Origin: Candidatus Kaiserbacteria bacterium
Lineage (GTDB): Bacteria; Patescibacteriota; Minisyncoccia; Phycocordibacterales; Phycocordibacteraceae
Direction: 5' to 3'
Assembly (NCBI GenBank): GCA_027451665.1
Contig: DAIDIW010000002.1
Span: forward strand, 48,251-112,250
DNA: 64,000 nt
Shown here: in pieces, positions 8,946-18,908 of the stretch
How the letters are laid out: every line of letters begins with the position of its first letter
Position numbering within the stretch: position 1 is the first letter of the stretch
Made by a program: the position numbers and the translations under genes
Notes under the pieces: generated by a model
The model's database searches: none
Seen by the model: only the letters and a program-made list of their open reading frames with translations
What the model was told of the DNA's origin: nothing

Positions 8946-9697
8946 GAGAGCTTGTTCGTTACCGATTCGTCGGTGCCGTCATAGAGCTTTGTTTCCTGCG
9001 TTGCGTCGCGCGGCGTCGGATTCTTCTCATCCGCTACGACGCGGCCATCCCTTAGGCGTATGAGACGGTCAGCGTGCTCGGCGATGTCCGGTTCGTGCGT
9101 GATGAGGACGATCGTGCGCCCATGCGCGCGGTTCAACTTCTGGAGCGTGCCAAGCACGACGAGCGAGGTTTTTGAATCGAGGTTGCCCGTGGGCTCGTCC
9201 GCGAGAATAAGAGCCGGATCGTTTACGAGGGCGCGAGCGATCGCGACACGCTGTATCTGCCCGCCCGAAAGCTGATTCGAGAGATGGGAGAAGTGGTCCT
9301 CGGAGAGTCCCGCTGAAACGAGCGCCGCGCGGGCCCGGCGCTCGCGTTCCTCTTCCGGGACGTTTGCGTAGACGAGAGGAAGCATGACGTTCCTCAGTAC
9401 TGTGGTGCGGGGAAGGAGATTGAATGCTTGGAAGACAAAGCCGATTTTGTCCTTGCGCACCTCCGCGAGCTCGTCGTCAGTCATGGTCGATACGTCGCGA
9501 TCCTCGAGCACGTAGGTACCGCTCGAAGGTGTATCGAGACATCCGATGATATGCATCAGAGTCGACTTGCCGGAGCCCGAGGGCCCCATAATGGACACGA
9601 ACTCGCCTTCACGGATTGTGAATGAGATGCCCTTGAGCGCCGTGTACGCCTCTTGTCCCTCCCCGTAGGTCTTTGTGATGTCTGAAAGCTCAATCAT
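8942..9697 (-). CDS. ABC transporter ATP-binding protein (MacB/LolD-like); start trimmed to 'MIELSDITKTYG'
   Basis: Walker A 'GPSGSGKST', signature 'LSGGQIQRVAIARAL' and Walker B 'ILADEPTGNLD'. The ATG at 9697 lies 1 nt after the upstream stop. Confidence 0.85.
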   Translation of the reverse strand: MIELSDITKTYGEGQEAYTALKGISFTIREGEFVSIMGPSGSGKSTLMHIIGCLDTPSSGTYVLEDRDVSTMTDDELAEVRKDKIGFVFQAFNLLPRTTVLRNVMLPLVYANVPEEERERRARAALVSAGLSEDHFSHLSNQLSGGQIQRVAIARALVNDPALILADEPTGNLDSKTSLVVLGTLQKLNRAHGRTIVLITHEPDIAEHADRLIRLRDGRVVADEKNPTPRDATQETKLYDGTDESVTNKLS

Positions 9698-9698
9698 G

Positions 9699-11495
9699 TT
9701 AGCCGCCGATGGCCCGGAAGGCCCCGCCGCCCCTGAAGCTTCCGTTTCCCCCGAAGCGCGAGGTGGCATTGGCAGCAGCTGACGGGACCGCTGCCGCGCT
9801 CGTCGTAGTCTCGGTCACTACCTCCTCACCGGCGACCAGGCCTTGTTCGACGATGGTATTCGTATCATCGGTGAGTCCTGTGCGCACGAACACGCGTTCG
9901 GGCGGCGTCGCGCTTGGCACACCGGGTGCGGTCTCGCTGCCGGCGAGCGGCGTTTTGAATACCTCCACATAGCTCTGACTGCCGGATGTCTTTATCGCGC
10001 TGCTCGGGACCGTAAGCCCCGTCTCGGTGCCGGTTACGATCTCGGCGGTCGCACTCATACCGGGCAGAACCTTAGCGTTCGGCGTATCAAAAGTGATGAT
10101 GGCGTCATAGGAGACGACGCCCTGGTTCGCCGATCCGAGCGTATCGACCGCGGAGACCGTGCCGGCAATCGTGACACTCGGCAGCGCATCGAAAGTGAGC
10201 GTTGCCTTCTGTCCCGTTTTCAGCTTCGCCGCATCGACCTCGTTCACGGAAATGTCGACGGTCTGTTGTCGGGAGACCAGCGTTGCGACGGCAGTGCCCA
10301 GCGCGGCTTCATCGAACCGCTTCACGTCGACTGAGGCGATCGTGCCGGAGAATGGCGCTGTCACCGTGTAGTCAGCTACCGTTTGTTGCGCATTTGTCAC
10401 CGCCTGTTCAGCCTGCTCGAGCGCGAGCTGCGCCTGCTGCACGGTGAGGGCGTTACTACCGCCCTGCGTCACCTGCAACGTATTCTGCGCCTGGGCGAGA
10501 GATTGTTCTGCAGAAACGATGTTCGACTGTATGGTAAGCGCGGTCGCGAGGTCGTTGCTCATGGTCGTCGCGTCGGATGCGGTTGTCGTGAGCAATGCAT
10601 TCAGGACCGTACTCGACTTCAGATTGTAAGTCGTGTAGTCGTTATTTACCCGATCAAAAAAATCGTGCACGTTTTTCACTGCTTCAGCCATCGCTTGGGT
10701 GGCGGTATAGGTGGTTTGGGCGAGCGAGACGAGCTCGTCATTGGTGGCGGTGAGCGCGGTGGCCTTATAGGAAGAGGCAGCCGTGTTATAGGCCGCTACG
10801 GCCGCGGTGTAGGACGTCTGTGCGGCATTCTTGTAGATGCCGATCGAGTTGTCATATTGCGAGACCGTATCGGCGAATGCGTCCACATTGTCCTGGGTCG
10901 TACGGCCAGGCACGTTCTGGTCGTTCAGCGAATGGTCAAGGTCGTTCTGGACCGTCGACAGATCGCTATAGATATTCGACAGGGAAGCGTACGACGCGTC
11001 ATGCGTCTTTTGAAGCGCAGTCTGCGCATTCGTAACGCCGTTCTGGGCCGTGAGCAGGTTGAGCGAGAGCGTGGAAGACGCGGTCGCCTGTTCGTAGGAG
11101 AGCTGCTCGTTCTTAAGCGACAGCTCGGCGTTATGAAGCGTTTGAAGCGCATCGGTCGCGTCAAGCTGTGCGACGGCTTGCCCGGCGATCACCTGTTCAC
11201 CAGGCGTGACATAGACGGCCGTCACTTGACCCGAGGCTTTCGGCGTCAAGGGAAGCTCGTCCGACGCGCTTACCTGGCCGGTCTCGGTCATGCTCGCGAC
11301 GACCGTACTGGTCGCGACCCGGGCGGTCACATACAGAGTCTGCGACGGTGCGGCGGTAATCGCGACATACGCTTCATACCCGCCGTACAGCAACGCGATT
11401 GCGATCAAGAAGCTCCAGAAAGGATGTGAGCGGGCGAAGGCGCGGGCGGCCAGGTATGCTGATTCGGGTACGCGGGAGCGCGAGGCGGCGGCCAT
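9699..11495 (-). CDS. periplasmic adaptor / membrane-fusion protein (HlyD/MacA-like) with a long coiled-coil insert
   Basis: N-terminal TM, a beta-barrel/lipoyl-like 'GQVTAVYVTPGEQVIAGQAVAQLD', and an extended Q/A/T-rich coiled coil. Confidence 0.65.
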   Translation of the reverse strand: MAAASRSRVPESAYLAARAFARSHPFWSFLIAIALLYGGYEAYVAITAAPSQTLYVTARVATSTVVASMTETGQVSASDELPLTPKASGQVTAVYVTPGEQVIAGQAVAQLDATDALQTLHNAELSLKNEQLSYEQATASSTLSLNLLTAQNGVTNAQTALQKTHDASYASLSNIYSDLSTVQNDLDHSLNDQNVPGRTTQDNVDAFADTVSQYDNSIGIYKNAAQTSYTAAVAAYNTAASSYKATALTATNDELVSLAQTTYTATQAMAEAVKNVHDFFDRVNNDYTTYNLKSSTVLNALLTTTASDATTMSNDLATALTIQSNIVSAEQSLAQAQNTLQVTQGGSNALTVQQAQLALEQAEQAVTNAQQTVADYTVTAPFSGTIASVDVKRFDEAALGTAVATLVSRQQTVDISVNEVDAAKLKTGQKATLTFDALPSVTIAGTVSAVDTLGSANQGVVSYDAIITFDTPNAKVLPGMSATAEIVTGTETGLTVPSSAIKTSGSQSYVEVFKTPLAGSETAPGVPSATPPERVFVRTGLTDDTNTIVEQGLVAGEEVVTETTTSAAAVPSAAANATSRFGGNGSFRGGGAFRAIGG

Positions 11496-11609
11496 AGGAG
11501 TTAGTAAGGTTATTTAAGTATCGGCTTTCATAGTACTACGTTTCCCGGCCCTCTTTCCTTCAGGAAAGAGGGAGCCCGTAGATCCGCATGATCGGATCTA
11601 CGGGCTTGT

Positions 11610-11975
11610 TCATTTACGCGATTGCCAGGGACCTTGCTTCTTTTCCTTCCGCCACATGACACGAGCGGCGATGCACAGAGCGAACGCCGCTGTCATCCCG
11701 CCCACGAAGGCACAATCGCTGTACCGCCATCCTTCGATAATCCCGACAAGTAAGCTGAAGCTGAAGCCCACGGCTAGCGCCGTGAACGCCAGGAATGCGA
11801 GCGCGATCTGCTTCGCACGCACATGATTCCATACGAGCAGAAATCCGCAGAAGCCGACCGCGAAAGAGATGGTAAGCGCTTCGTGCGGCCGCGTTGCCTC
11901 GTAGCGCATGACGACCGTCAGTATCCGGTGAGCTTCCATAGCCACCTCCTTCAATTTCTGCACCCATAGTGCCAC
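11610..11975 (-). CDS. hypothetical membrane protein
   Basis: Three or four hydrophobic segments and no recognisable motif. Confidence 0.3.
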   Translation of the reverse strand: MALWVQKLKEVAMEAHRILTVVMRYEATRPHEALTISFAVGFCGFLLVWNHVRAKQIALAFLAFTALAVGFSFSLLVGIIEGWRYSDCAFVGGMTAAFALCIAARVMWRKEKKQGPWQSRK

Positions 11976-12006
11976 GGACGGCGCGGGAAGGGAACCCAGG
12001 TTCCGG

Positions 12007-13704
12007 TCAGACTCCGGTGATCATGTCTTTCCGGATATCCTCGAATGTGCCGCCCACTTTTTTCCCCGGGTTCAGGATGTTAAGCGGATCGAACGCGTTT
12101 TTCGTGCGCTCGAAGAGCGCTTCCATCTCCGGCCCGAAAAGCTGCGCGAGATACGGGGTCCGGATAATGCCGTCGTTATGTTCGCCGGTCGTCGTCCCGC
12201 CCGCCCCGATTACCAGGTCGTAGACTTTCGGCGCAAGCTCGAGCACTACCTCGCGATTTTCCTTCCTCGAGAGATCCATGAGCGGAATGATATGGAAATT
12301 GCCATTACCGATGTGGCCCGCGATCGTATAGATGAAATGACTCTTGTATTGATCGAGCAGCGCGTCGAGTTTCGGAAGAAAGGTGGGATAGGTCTCCGGC
12401 GGGACGACGAAGTCATCAATGAACGGGCTCGCATAGAGGCCATGCAGGTTCTTGCGCAGCAAGGAGAAGGATTCTCGTCGCACGATCCAGAATTTCTCAG
12501 ACTCCCTCTCGTTGCGCTCGATCTTCGTGCGGATAGGCAGTCCAAGCAGAGCATTTTTCGCCGCGACCGCCTTGCGGTCGGCTTCAGCCGTCGAGTCTTC
12601 GGCAAATTCCGCCATGAGCACGAGTTTCGGCACGCCGCCTGCGGCCACCATGGCGGCCTCCGGTATGAAATCGATGCCAAGCCGTACCGCGCGCGTCCAG
12701 CCCATCTGGCGGAGCATATCCGGAAGGAAACGGACGGCGAGTTCGAACGTCTTATCGTCGTAGCTCTCGAACGACTCGGGCTTCGTCGGGAGCACGCGCT
12801 TCACCACTTCGGGCAGGATGGCAAGATCCGAGAGGAAGATGACGAGCATCGCGCGGTGCTCCTTCGGTGTCACGAGTCCGAGTCGCGCCTTGGTCCAGAG
12901 CGCGAGTGTCCCCTGGCTGCCGCACACGAGTCGCGCGAGATTCATGTTGCCGGTCGTGAAGTCGCGTACATTCCAGAGGGCGTACCCGGCGGAATTCTTC
13001 GATACGCGCGGCGTATGGGCAGCGATGACATCTGCGTGTTTTGTAAGCAGCTCGTCCATTTCGCGATAGATCGCACCCTCGAGATCCTGCTGACGCTTCT
13101 TGTCCCCGACCTCTTCGGGAGAGAGCGGTTTGAACGTGGTCTGCGTGCCGTCAGAGAGCACGACATCCATCTCCTCGATGTAGTTTTCCGTCTTGCCGTA
13201 TTCGAGCGTACGTTCGCCGCCGGAATTGTTGGCGACGATGCCGCCCATGGCACAGAGTTCGCGACTCGCGGGGTAGGAGGGAAGGATGAGATTTTCTTTG
13301 AGCGTCTCCCTCTCAAAGTCACGATAGTAGACGCCCGGCTCGGTAACCGCATAGCCGGTCGGGTCGGTCGGTGCGTGCGCCTGCGCGCCGCTACGCGCGA
13401 CGTCAAGCACACGATTCATGTGCTCGGTGAAGGATATGACGACGCCGGGCGTGAGCGGTCCGCCGCTCATATCCGTGCCGGCCGAACGACCGGCGAGGCA
13501 GATGTTGGCGCCTGCGCGTTTCGCGTCATATATCTCCTTCACAACGGCTGCCACATCAGCTGCATCTTTCGGACAGACGACGAGCTCCGGCCGTACCTCA
13601 AAGAGCGAGGTGTCGCGGCTGTTTTTGGCGAGCGTGGCCTCATCGTCCTTCACCTCGCCTTTCACACGACGCGAGAGCTCCTGCTTCAGGTCGTATTCCG
13701 TCAT
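12007..13704 (-). CDS. FAD-linked oxidase (GlcD/D-lactate dehydrogenase-like; FAD_binding_4 plus FAD-oxidase C domain); start trimmed to 'MTEYDLK'
   Basis: 'CLAGRSAGTDMSGGPL' FAD-binding region and a C-terminal 'GEHNDG...LNPGK' oxidase-C motif. Confidence 0.7.
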   Translation of the reverse strand: MTEYDLKQELSRRVKGEVKDDEATLAKNSRDTSLFEVRPELVVCPKDAADVAAVVKEIYDAKRAGANICLAGRSAGTDMSGGPLTPGVVISFTEHMNRVLDVARSGAQAHAPTDPTGYAVTEPGVYYRDFERETLKENLILPSYPASRELCAMGGIVANNSGGERTLEYGKTENYIEEMDVVLSDGTQTTFKPLSPEEVGDKKRQQDLEGAIYREMDELLTKHADVIAAHTPRVSKNSAGYALWNVRDFTTGNMNLARLVCGSQGTLALWTKARLGLVTPKEHRAMLVIFLSDLAILPEVVKRVLPTKPESFESYDDKTFELAVRFLPDMLRQMGWTRAVRLGIDFIPEAAMVAAGGVPKLVLMAEFAEDSTAEADRKAVAAKNALLGLPIRTKIERNERESEKFWIVRRESFSLLRKNLHGLYASPFIDDFVVPPETYPTFLPKLDALLDQYKSHFIYTIAGHIGNGNFHIIPLMDLSRKENREVVLELAPKVYDLVIGAGGTTTGEHNDGIIRTPYLAQLFGPEMEALFERTKNAFDPLNILNPGKKVGGTFEDIRKDMITGV

Positions 13705-13865
13705 TTGTTTGAGTATACCCCGGGAGTAAGGTACGAACGTGTGTACAGCGCGCAGGCGCTTTACGCGCACGTTATGAGACGGCGAGCAGGGTGGGAGGAG
13801 GCCTCCAATCGAACATGCTTCGTGTCGTATACTCTGGATGTTGCGATACGCGCACGGAAATCCTC

Positions 13866-14297
13866 ATGAAGCACCTAGTCCGTATCCTGGTCTATGCCGT
13901 CGTAACCATCGCGGGCCTCACGCTCCCCTATTATGGGCACGATTATGGGCACGAACAGGGCCCGCAGCCGGTTGTGCCGAGTATGTCGCGCGCTACGTCG
14001 ATCGCTACAGGCGTGCGCGGTTCCGTGCTGCTCGGAGCAGCCTGCCCGTTCCCTTTGGGCGCCATAACCGGCACGCCTTACCGAGCTGCAGTGACTGCCG
14101 TACGCCGCGGCACCACGAAGCCGATTGCAAACGTGCGCGCCGGCGCTGACGGGAGCTTCTTGCTCGCGCTTACGCCTGGCGCGTATACGCTCTCCGCGTA
14201 TACCGCGAAGACCTCCCCGGTCTGTCTGCCGCTCGAACTCACGGTGCCCGCGACAGGCTATGCGCTCGCAACAATCTGTTGTACGGCCGCCCCCTGA
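13866..14297 (+). CDS. secreted hypothetical protein (start at 'MKHLVRIL')
   Basis: Signal peptide and a beta-rich sequence with paired cysteines near the C-terminus. Confidence 0.3.
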   Translation: MKHLVRILVYAVVTIAGLTLPYYGHDYGHEQGPQPVVPSMSRATSIATGVRGSVLLGAACPFPLGAITGTPYRAAVTAVRRGTTKPIANVRAGADGSFLLALTPGAYTLSAYTAKTSPVCLPLELTVPATGYALATICCTAAP

Positions 14298-14327
14298 GCC
14301 CTCGACCACTTTGTTACAATCGGGAGC

Positions 14328-16001
14328 ATGACGCAGGCGGAAGCGCTTTCCATACTGAAGACCGGCGCGAACGTCTTCCTCACGGGAGAGCCGGGGAGCG
14401 GGAAAACGCACACTGTAAACGCGTTCATCACCTGGCTGCGCTCCTGCGGCATCGAGCCGTCCGTGACTGCCGCGACCGGCATCGCCGCTACGCACGTCTC
14501 GGGCATGACGCTCCATTCCTGGAGCGGTATCGGCATCCAGGACGCGCTCTCGCCCGCGGATATCGATCGCATCGCGTCCCACGAATCGGTGGCGCGCCGC
14601 ATAACGAAGGCAAAGTTGCTCATCATCGACGAGATATCGATGCTCTCTGCGTCTACGTTCGAGGCCGCGGATGCGGTCTGTCGGGAGGTCCGGCGCGATA
14701 CACGTCCGTTCGGCGGCCTCACACTCATCCTCGTCGGAGACTTCTTCCAGCTGCCGCCCGTATCGCGAGGCGCGGACGCCGCATTCGCGTTCACTTCGGA
14801 GACCTGGCGCGCCCTCAATCCGATCACGTGCTACCTCACCGAACAGTACCGCCAGGATGACGACGTGTTCCTCTCGGTGCTCTCCGCGATACGCGAAGGC
14901 TGCGTCGAAGAGCTCCAGTACGAAGTGCTCATGCGGCGGCAGGTGACGGACGGACCGCCCGCAGATGCACCGAGGTTGTTCTCCCATAATGCTGACGTGG
15001 ACCGTCTGAATGCCGAGGCACTCGCGGCGCTGCCAGGCGCTTCCCGGAAATTCCTCATGAGATCGAGCGGGAAGGAGACGCTCGTCGAAGCCCTGAAGCG
15101 CGGATGCCTGTCGCCGGAAGTGCTCGAGGTGAAGGAGGGCGCGCGCGCGATGTTCACGAAGAACTCGCCGCAAGGGAAGTTCGTCAACGGCACTCTCGGC
15201 ACTGTCGTCGGGTTTGCGCCGGGGAGCGCGCTTCCGATCGTTGAGACGTCGACGGGACGCACGGTTGAAGCTGAACCTATGGAGTGGCAGATCGAAGAGA
15301 ACGGAAAAGTGCGGGCCACGGTGACGCAGGTGCCGCTTCGGCTCGCGTACGCGATGACCGTTCATAAAAGCCAGGGACTCTCGATGGATGCGGCCGTCAT
15401 TGACCTATCGCGCGCCTTCGAGTACGGGCAAGGGTATGTCGCCCTCAGCCGCGTCAGACGTCTCGACGGGCTTCACCTGCTCGGCATGAATCAGCGCGCG
15501 CTCGAAGTGCACCCGCAGATCCGCGAGCAGGATTTTTCCTTCCGGCAAGCGTCAGAAACCGCTGCGGAGACATTCGCGGCGCTGCCGCGCGCAGAGCTCG
15601 AAGGGCTTCAGAAGCAGTTCGTGAAGGCGTTCGGTGGCGCCTGGCCCAAGGAGGGTTTCGCGACGCCGGCGTCTAAAGGCCGCATCCGCATGGACGGCGG
15701 CTTGCCTGGGCGGCTCGCGGAAACCTTGCAGACCGTGCGCGACACGAAGGATCTGAAAGAGGCCGCACGAGCGCGCGGCCTCGCGGTCTCGACCATTCTG
15801 CGCCACCTCGAAGAGCTTAACGAGCTCGGTCAGCTCGCGCGCGCGGACTTCGAGCACTTGTTCACTGATCGCCGCGGGCTTCACGAAATCCGTGAAGCGT
15901 TCCGGCAGGAACCGGGCGATACGCTCTCCCCGGTATTCCACGCCCTAGGCGGGAAGTACTCCTTTGAGACCATCCGTCTTGCGCGCTTGCTGAGATCCTG
16001 A
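14328..16001 (+). CDS. PIF1/RecD-family ATP-dependent DNA helicase
   Basis: Walker A 'GEPGSGKT', 'LIIDEISM' and 'GDFFQLPPV' PIF1 signature, plus a C-terminal HTH-like tail. Confidence 0.8.
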   Translation: MTQAEALSILKTGANVFLTGEPGSGKTHTVNAFITWLRSCGIEPSVTAATGIAATHVSGMTLHSWSGIGIQDALSPADIDRIASHESVARRITKAKLLIIDEISMLSASTFEAADAVCREVRRDTRPFGGLTLILVGDFFQLPPVSRGADAAFAFTSETWRALNPITCYLTEQYRQDDDVFLSVLSAIREGCVEELQYEVLMRRQVTDGPPADAPRLFSHNADVDRLNAEALAALPGASRKFLMRSSGKETLVEALKRGCLSPEVLEVKEGARAMFTKNSPQGKFVNGTLGTVVGFAPGSALPIVETSTGRTVEAEPMEWQIEENGKVRATVTQVPLRLAYAMTVHKSQGLSMDAAVIDLSRAFEYGQGYVALSRVRRLDGLHLLGMNQRALEVHPQIREQDFSFRQASETAAETFAALPRAELEGLQKQFVKAFGGAWPKEGFATPASKGRIRMDGGLPGRLAETLQTVRDTKDLKEAARARGLAVSTILRHLEELNELGQLARADFEHLFTDRRGLHEIREAFRQEPGDTLSPVFHALGGKYSFETIRLARLLRS

Positions 16002-18395
16002 GCCGCCCGGCTCCTTCAGGTGACCGAGCACGGCGAAGGTCAGCATCTTGAATACCTCCGCGCTCTGCATCCAGAAGAACGACCAGATCCATACGAATCC
16101 GACGACCCAGAGTGGTATCGCTGCCGTGAAGAACCCGGCAAGCGCCCAGGCGGTCGCCAAGAGTTGTGTGGCGCTCGTCGCGGAAATGACCTGCCAGGAG
16201 GGGAGGTAATCGAACCAGCGCCGTTCGGTGTGCGCGACGTAGATGAGCATGTGGCCTGACACGACGAGCTGGAGGAAGAAGAGCGTTTGGATCCATGGCC
16301 ACGGCAGGTGCAGGTAGTAATAGACGATGACCAGGAGCAGCACGCTGTTCAAGACGCCGGAAAGCCCGTAGAGGAACGAGAGCACCGCGCGGCGCATGCG
16401 ATCGATGGCGGCGGGTGCCCGCGGGACCTTCACGCGATCGAAGGCTATGGAAATGATCGGTACATCGTTCAGGAAGGCGAGCAAGAGCACCTGGATCGGC
16501 GTGAGCGGATAATTGCCGACCCACACGCCGATGATGAGTATCGTCATGACGAGCGCTGCACTCTCGGACATACGGTAGAGAGAATAGTGGTACACGCGCA
16601 TGAAGACCATGCGCGCCTGGTGGATTGCGGTTGCGATCACGGAGAGCCCGTTCGTGAGGAGCACGATATCCGCCGTCTCGCGCAATGCGTCGACCGAGTG
16701 TGCGACTGCGATACCGACGTCCGCATCGGAAACCGACGGGATATCGTTCGCACCATCGCCCGTAACCGCGACGCGGTAACGTTTCTTCGCCGCTTCGACG
16801 GCGGCGTATTTGTCCTTCGGCAGTACTTCGGCGAATCCTGCCGCGTCGGGAAGTGCTTCTTCGAGGCGTGCTTCGTCGGCAAAGACCGAACGGTCGTAGA
16901 TTTTTCCTTCGAGCCCAAGTTCGCTCGCGACTTCCCGCGCGATCGGAAGGCCGTCGCCAGTGAGCATCTTCACTGTTATGCCGCGTTCGCGCATCGTCGC
17001 TACGGTGGACGACGCGTCAGCACGCAGGGTATCCGCAAGGAAAAGGACGCCGACCGGTTCCATCCCTTTCTCCTCGAGGCCGTGCGCATTCACCGAGACG
17101 AGGAGAGATCGATCGCCGCGGCCTGCCGCCTTATCAATCGCCTCCTTGAACACTCGGCTCGTGACTGAGGTGAAGCGCGAGAGATCCGCCACGGTAGGTG
17201 GCGCGCCGAGGGTCACGATCCAGGTCTTACCCTCGCGCTCGATCGTCGCGGTGCTGCGTTTGCGTACCGAGTCGCCCGGGATGAGCTTCTTCTGGAGCGG
17301 CAGCGCGAGATGCCTCTTGGCCGCCGCTTCGCGGATCGCGGTCTCGAGCGGATTCGTTTCTGCGGCGTCGGTCGCAGCGGCTGCAAGCGCAAGCGCGTCA
17401 TCCTCCTTCCAGCTCCCGAAGGTGACGAGCGAAGCCACCTTTATCTTATTTTCCGTAAGCGTCCCCGTCTTGTCAGAGAGCAGGAGATTCACGTTCGCAA
17501 AATCCTCGAGCGCCGAAAGACGCCGGACGGCAGCGCCCCCTTCCGCGACCTTAATGACGCCTGCGGTGATGATGAGGGACATAACCGTCGGGAGAGCGAC
17601 CGGAATGCCGGCGATAAGGAGCGAGATATCGAGCGTCGCGAGGTCCGTGAGCGAACTGCCGTGGAGGAGCAATACGACCGTGAGCAGGGCGATCGCGACG
17701 AGCGCGAGCGCAGCAAGGAGCTTCGAGATGGAGAGGATGTCTTCCTCGAGGAGGCTGCGCTTGCGCGCAAACTCGAGCGTCTTCACGGCAGCGCCGAAAT
17801 AGGTGCGATTGCCGGTCTTTGTGACGAGGGCTTCCGCAGCGCCTGCCGTGACGAACGCCGCCGAATAGACGGTATCGCCCTCCGACTTGTCCTTCGGGAG
17901 CGATTCACCGGTGAGCATCGATTCATTCACACTCAGGTTGGTCGCGGTGAGGAGCTGGGCGTCCGCGGGTATCCTCGTGCCGACACGCAGCGCGATTCGG
18001 TCGCCCGGGACAATTTGTGCGGCCGGGAGCTGCTTCCACGCGCCATCGCGGAGCACGCGCGCGGTCGCTGCGAGATGTTGTTCGAGCTTCTCTACGGCCT
18101 GATCGGCCTTGTGCTCATGCCAGACCTGGATGCCGTAATTGGCGAGAAGCAGGAAAAGTATGAGACCGCCGTCCGCTTCCTTCCCGGTTGCGTAAGAGAG
18201 TCCTGCTGCTGCGAGCAGCATGAGCGGGATGGGGGAGAAGAACCAGCGCAGGAACTTGAGGATAGCGCTTTCCCGTTTTGTGGCGAGCTCGTTCGGTCCG
18301 TACTGTGCAAGACGGCGGCTCGCCTCGGCCTCGGAGAGACCGGTAGAAGCGTCCGCGTGCGAGCGCGCGGCGTACGTGACAGCGGCAGTACTCAC
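15945..18395 (-). CDS. P-type cation-transporting ATPase (type III H+/Mg2+-like)
   Basis: 'DKTGTLT' phosphorylation motif, 'GDGANDIPS' hinge and about 10 TM segments. Confidence 0.85.
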   Translation of the reverse strand: MSTAAVTYAARSHADASTGLSEAEASRRLAQYGPNELATKRESAILKFLRWFFSPIPLMLLAAAGLSYATGKEADGGLILFLLLANYGIQVWHEHKADQAVEKLEQHLAATARVLRDGAWKQLPAAQIVPGDRIALRVGTRIPADAQLLTATNLSVNESMLTGESLPKDKSEGDTVYSAAFVTAGAAEALVTKTGNRTYFGAAVKTLEFARKRSLLEEDILSISKLLAALALVAIALLTVVLLLHGSSLTDLATLDISLLIAGIPVALPTVMSLIITAGVIKVAEGGAAVRRLSALEDFANVNLLLSDKTGTLTENKIKVASLVTFGSWKEDDALALAAAATDAAETNPLETAIREAAAKRHLALPLQKKLIPGDSVRKRSTATIEREGKTWIVTLGAPPTVADLSRFTSVTSRVFKEAIDKAAGRGDRSLLVSVNAHGLEEKGMEPVGVLFLADTLRADASSTVATMRERGITVKMLTGDGLPIAREVASELGLEGKIYDRSVFADEARLEEALPDAAGFAEVLPKDKYAAVEAAKKRYRVAVTGDGANDIPSVSDADVGIAVAHSVDALRETADIVLLTNGLSVIATAIHQARMVFMRVYHYSLYRMSESAALVMTILIIGVWVGNYPLTPIQVLLLAFLNDVPIISIAFDRVKVPRAPAAIDRMRRAVLSFLYGLSGVLNSVLLLVIVYYYLHLPWPWIQTLFFLQLVVSGHMLIYVAHTERRWFDYLPSWQVISATSATQLLATAWALAGFFTAAIPLWVVGFVWIWSFFWMQSAEVFKMLTFAVLGHLKEPGGSGSQQARKTDGLKGVLPA

Positions 18396-18410
18396 GATTC
18401 CCTGAAGCGA

Positions 18411-18839
18411 TTAGCGGCGCGCGCGTGCGAAATGGAAGCTCGAGTACGACAGATACGCCGCGACGAATACGCCAACCCACGAGAGCCAGAGCGGGATCGC
18501 AAAGCCGCCAAGTATGAGATTCCAGCCGAACATGAGGCGGCAGAGATGCACGAGAGCCACGATAAGGAAGATGAGTCCGGCGAGATTGAGGAGCGTGCGC
18601 TCGGACGGGGAAGAGATGGGGAGCTTCATGTTCCAGCCGAAATGTATGAGCAGGAGCAGCAGCGCACCATCAAAGACAACGATCTCAGGGATTGCCTGGC
18701 TGGTCCAGGTGACGCCGAGGAGCGTCATGGGCAAAAGTCCGGTGGCCGAGAGCCAGAGCGCGCTGATAAGGTCTGCGAGCACGAGACCAGAACCTACTTT
18801 CGCGATCTCACGGAGCGTTCGATGATTCATAGATGGCAT
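18411..18839 (-). CDS. small membrane protein, 16 nt upstream of and co-oriented with the P-type ATPase
   Basis: Four hydrophobic helices and no motif. Confidence 0.35.
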   Translation of the reverse strand: MPSMNHRTLREIAKVGSGLVLADLISALWLSATGLLPMTLLGVTWTSQAIPEIVVFDGALLLLLIHFGWNMKLPISSPSERTLLNLAGLIFLIVALVHLCRLMFGWNLILGGFAIPLWLSWVGVFVAAYLSYSSFHFARARR

Positions 18840-18908
18840 GCTGAGCGGATATGCCTTCAGTATGACGTACTCATTGACGCAGGAAAGCAGTGAACGTGCA
18901 TAACTTTG

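Noticed and set aside
13732-13745. Second LexA-like site CGAACGTGTGTACA (GAAC-N4-GTAC) near the FAD-oxidase start
   Set aside because: One half-site is imperfect. It lies in or next to the N-terminus of a non-SOS gene, so it is likely chance.
12178-13869. Long plus-strand ORF (563 aa) antisense to the FAD oxidase. Similar long ORFs at 10383-11429, 16287-17168, 17310-18893, 20640-21545, 22001-22972 and 50544-52016 are antisense to well-supported genes.
   Set aside because: High-G+C DNA gives long stop-free antisense frames. Their translations are Arg/Gly/Asp-rich with no motifs, while the opposite strand carries clear homologues.
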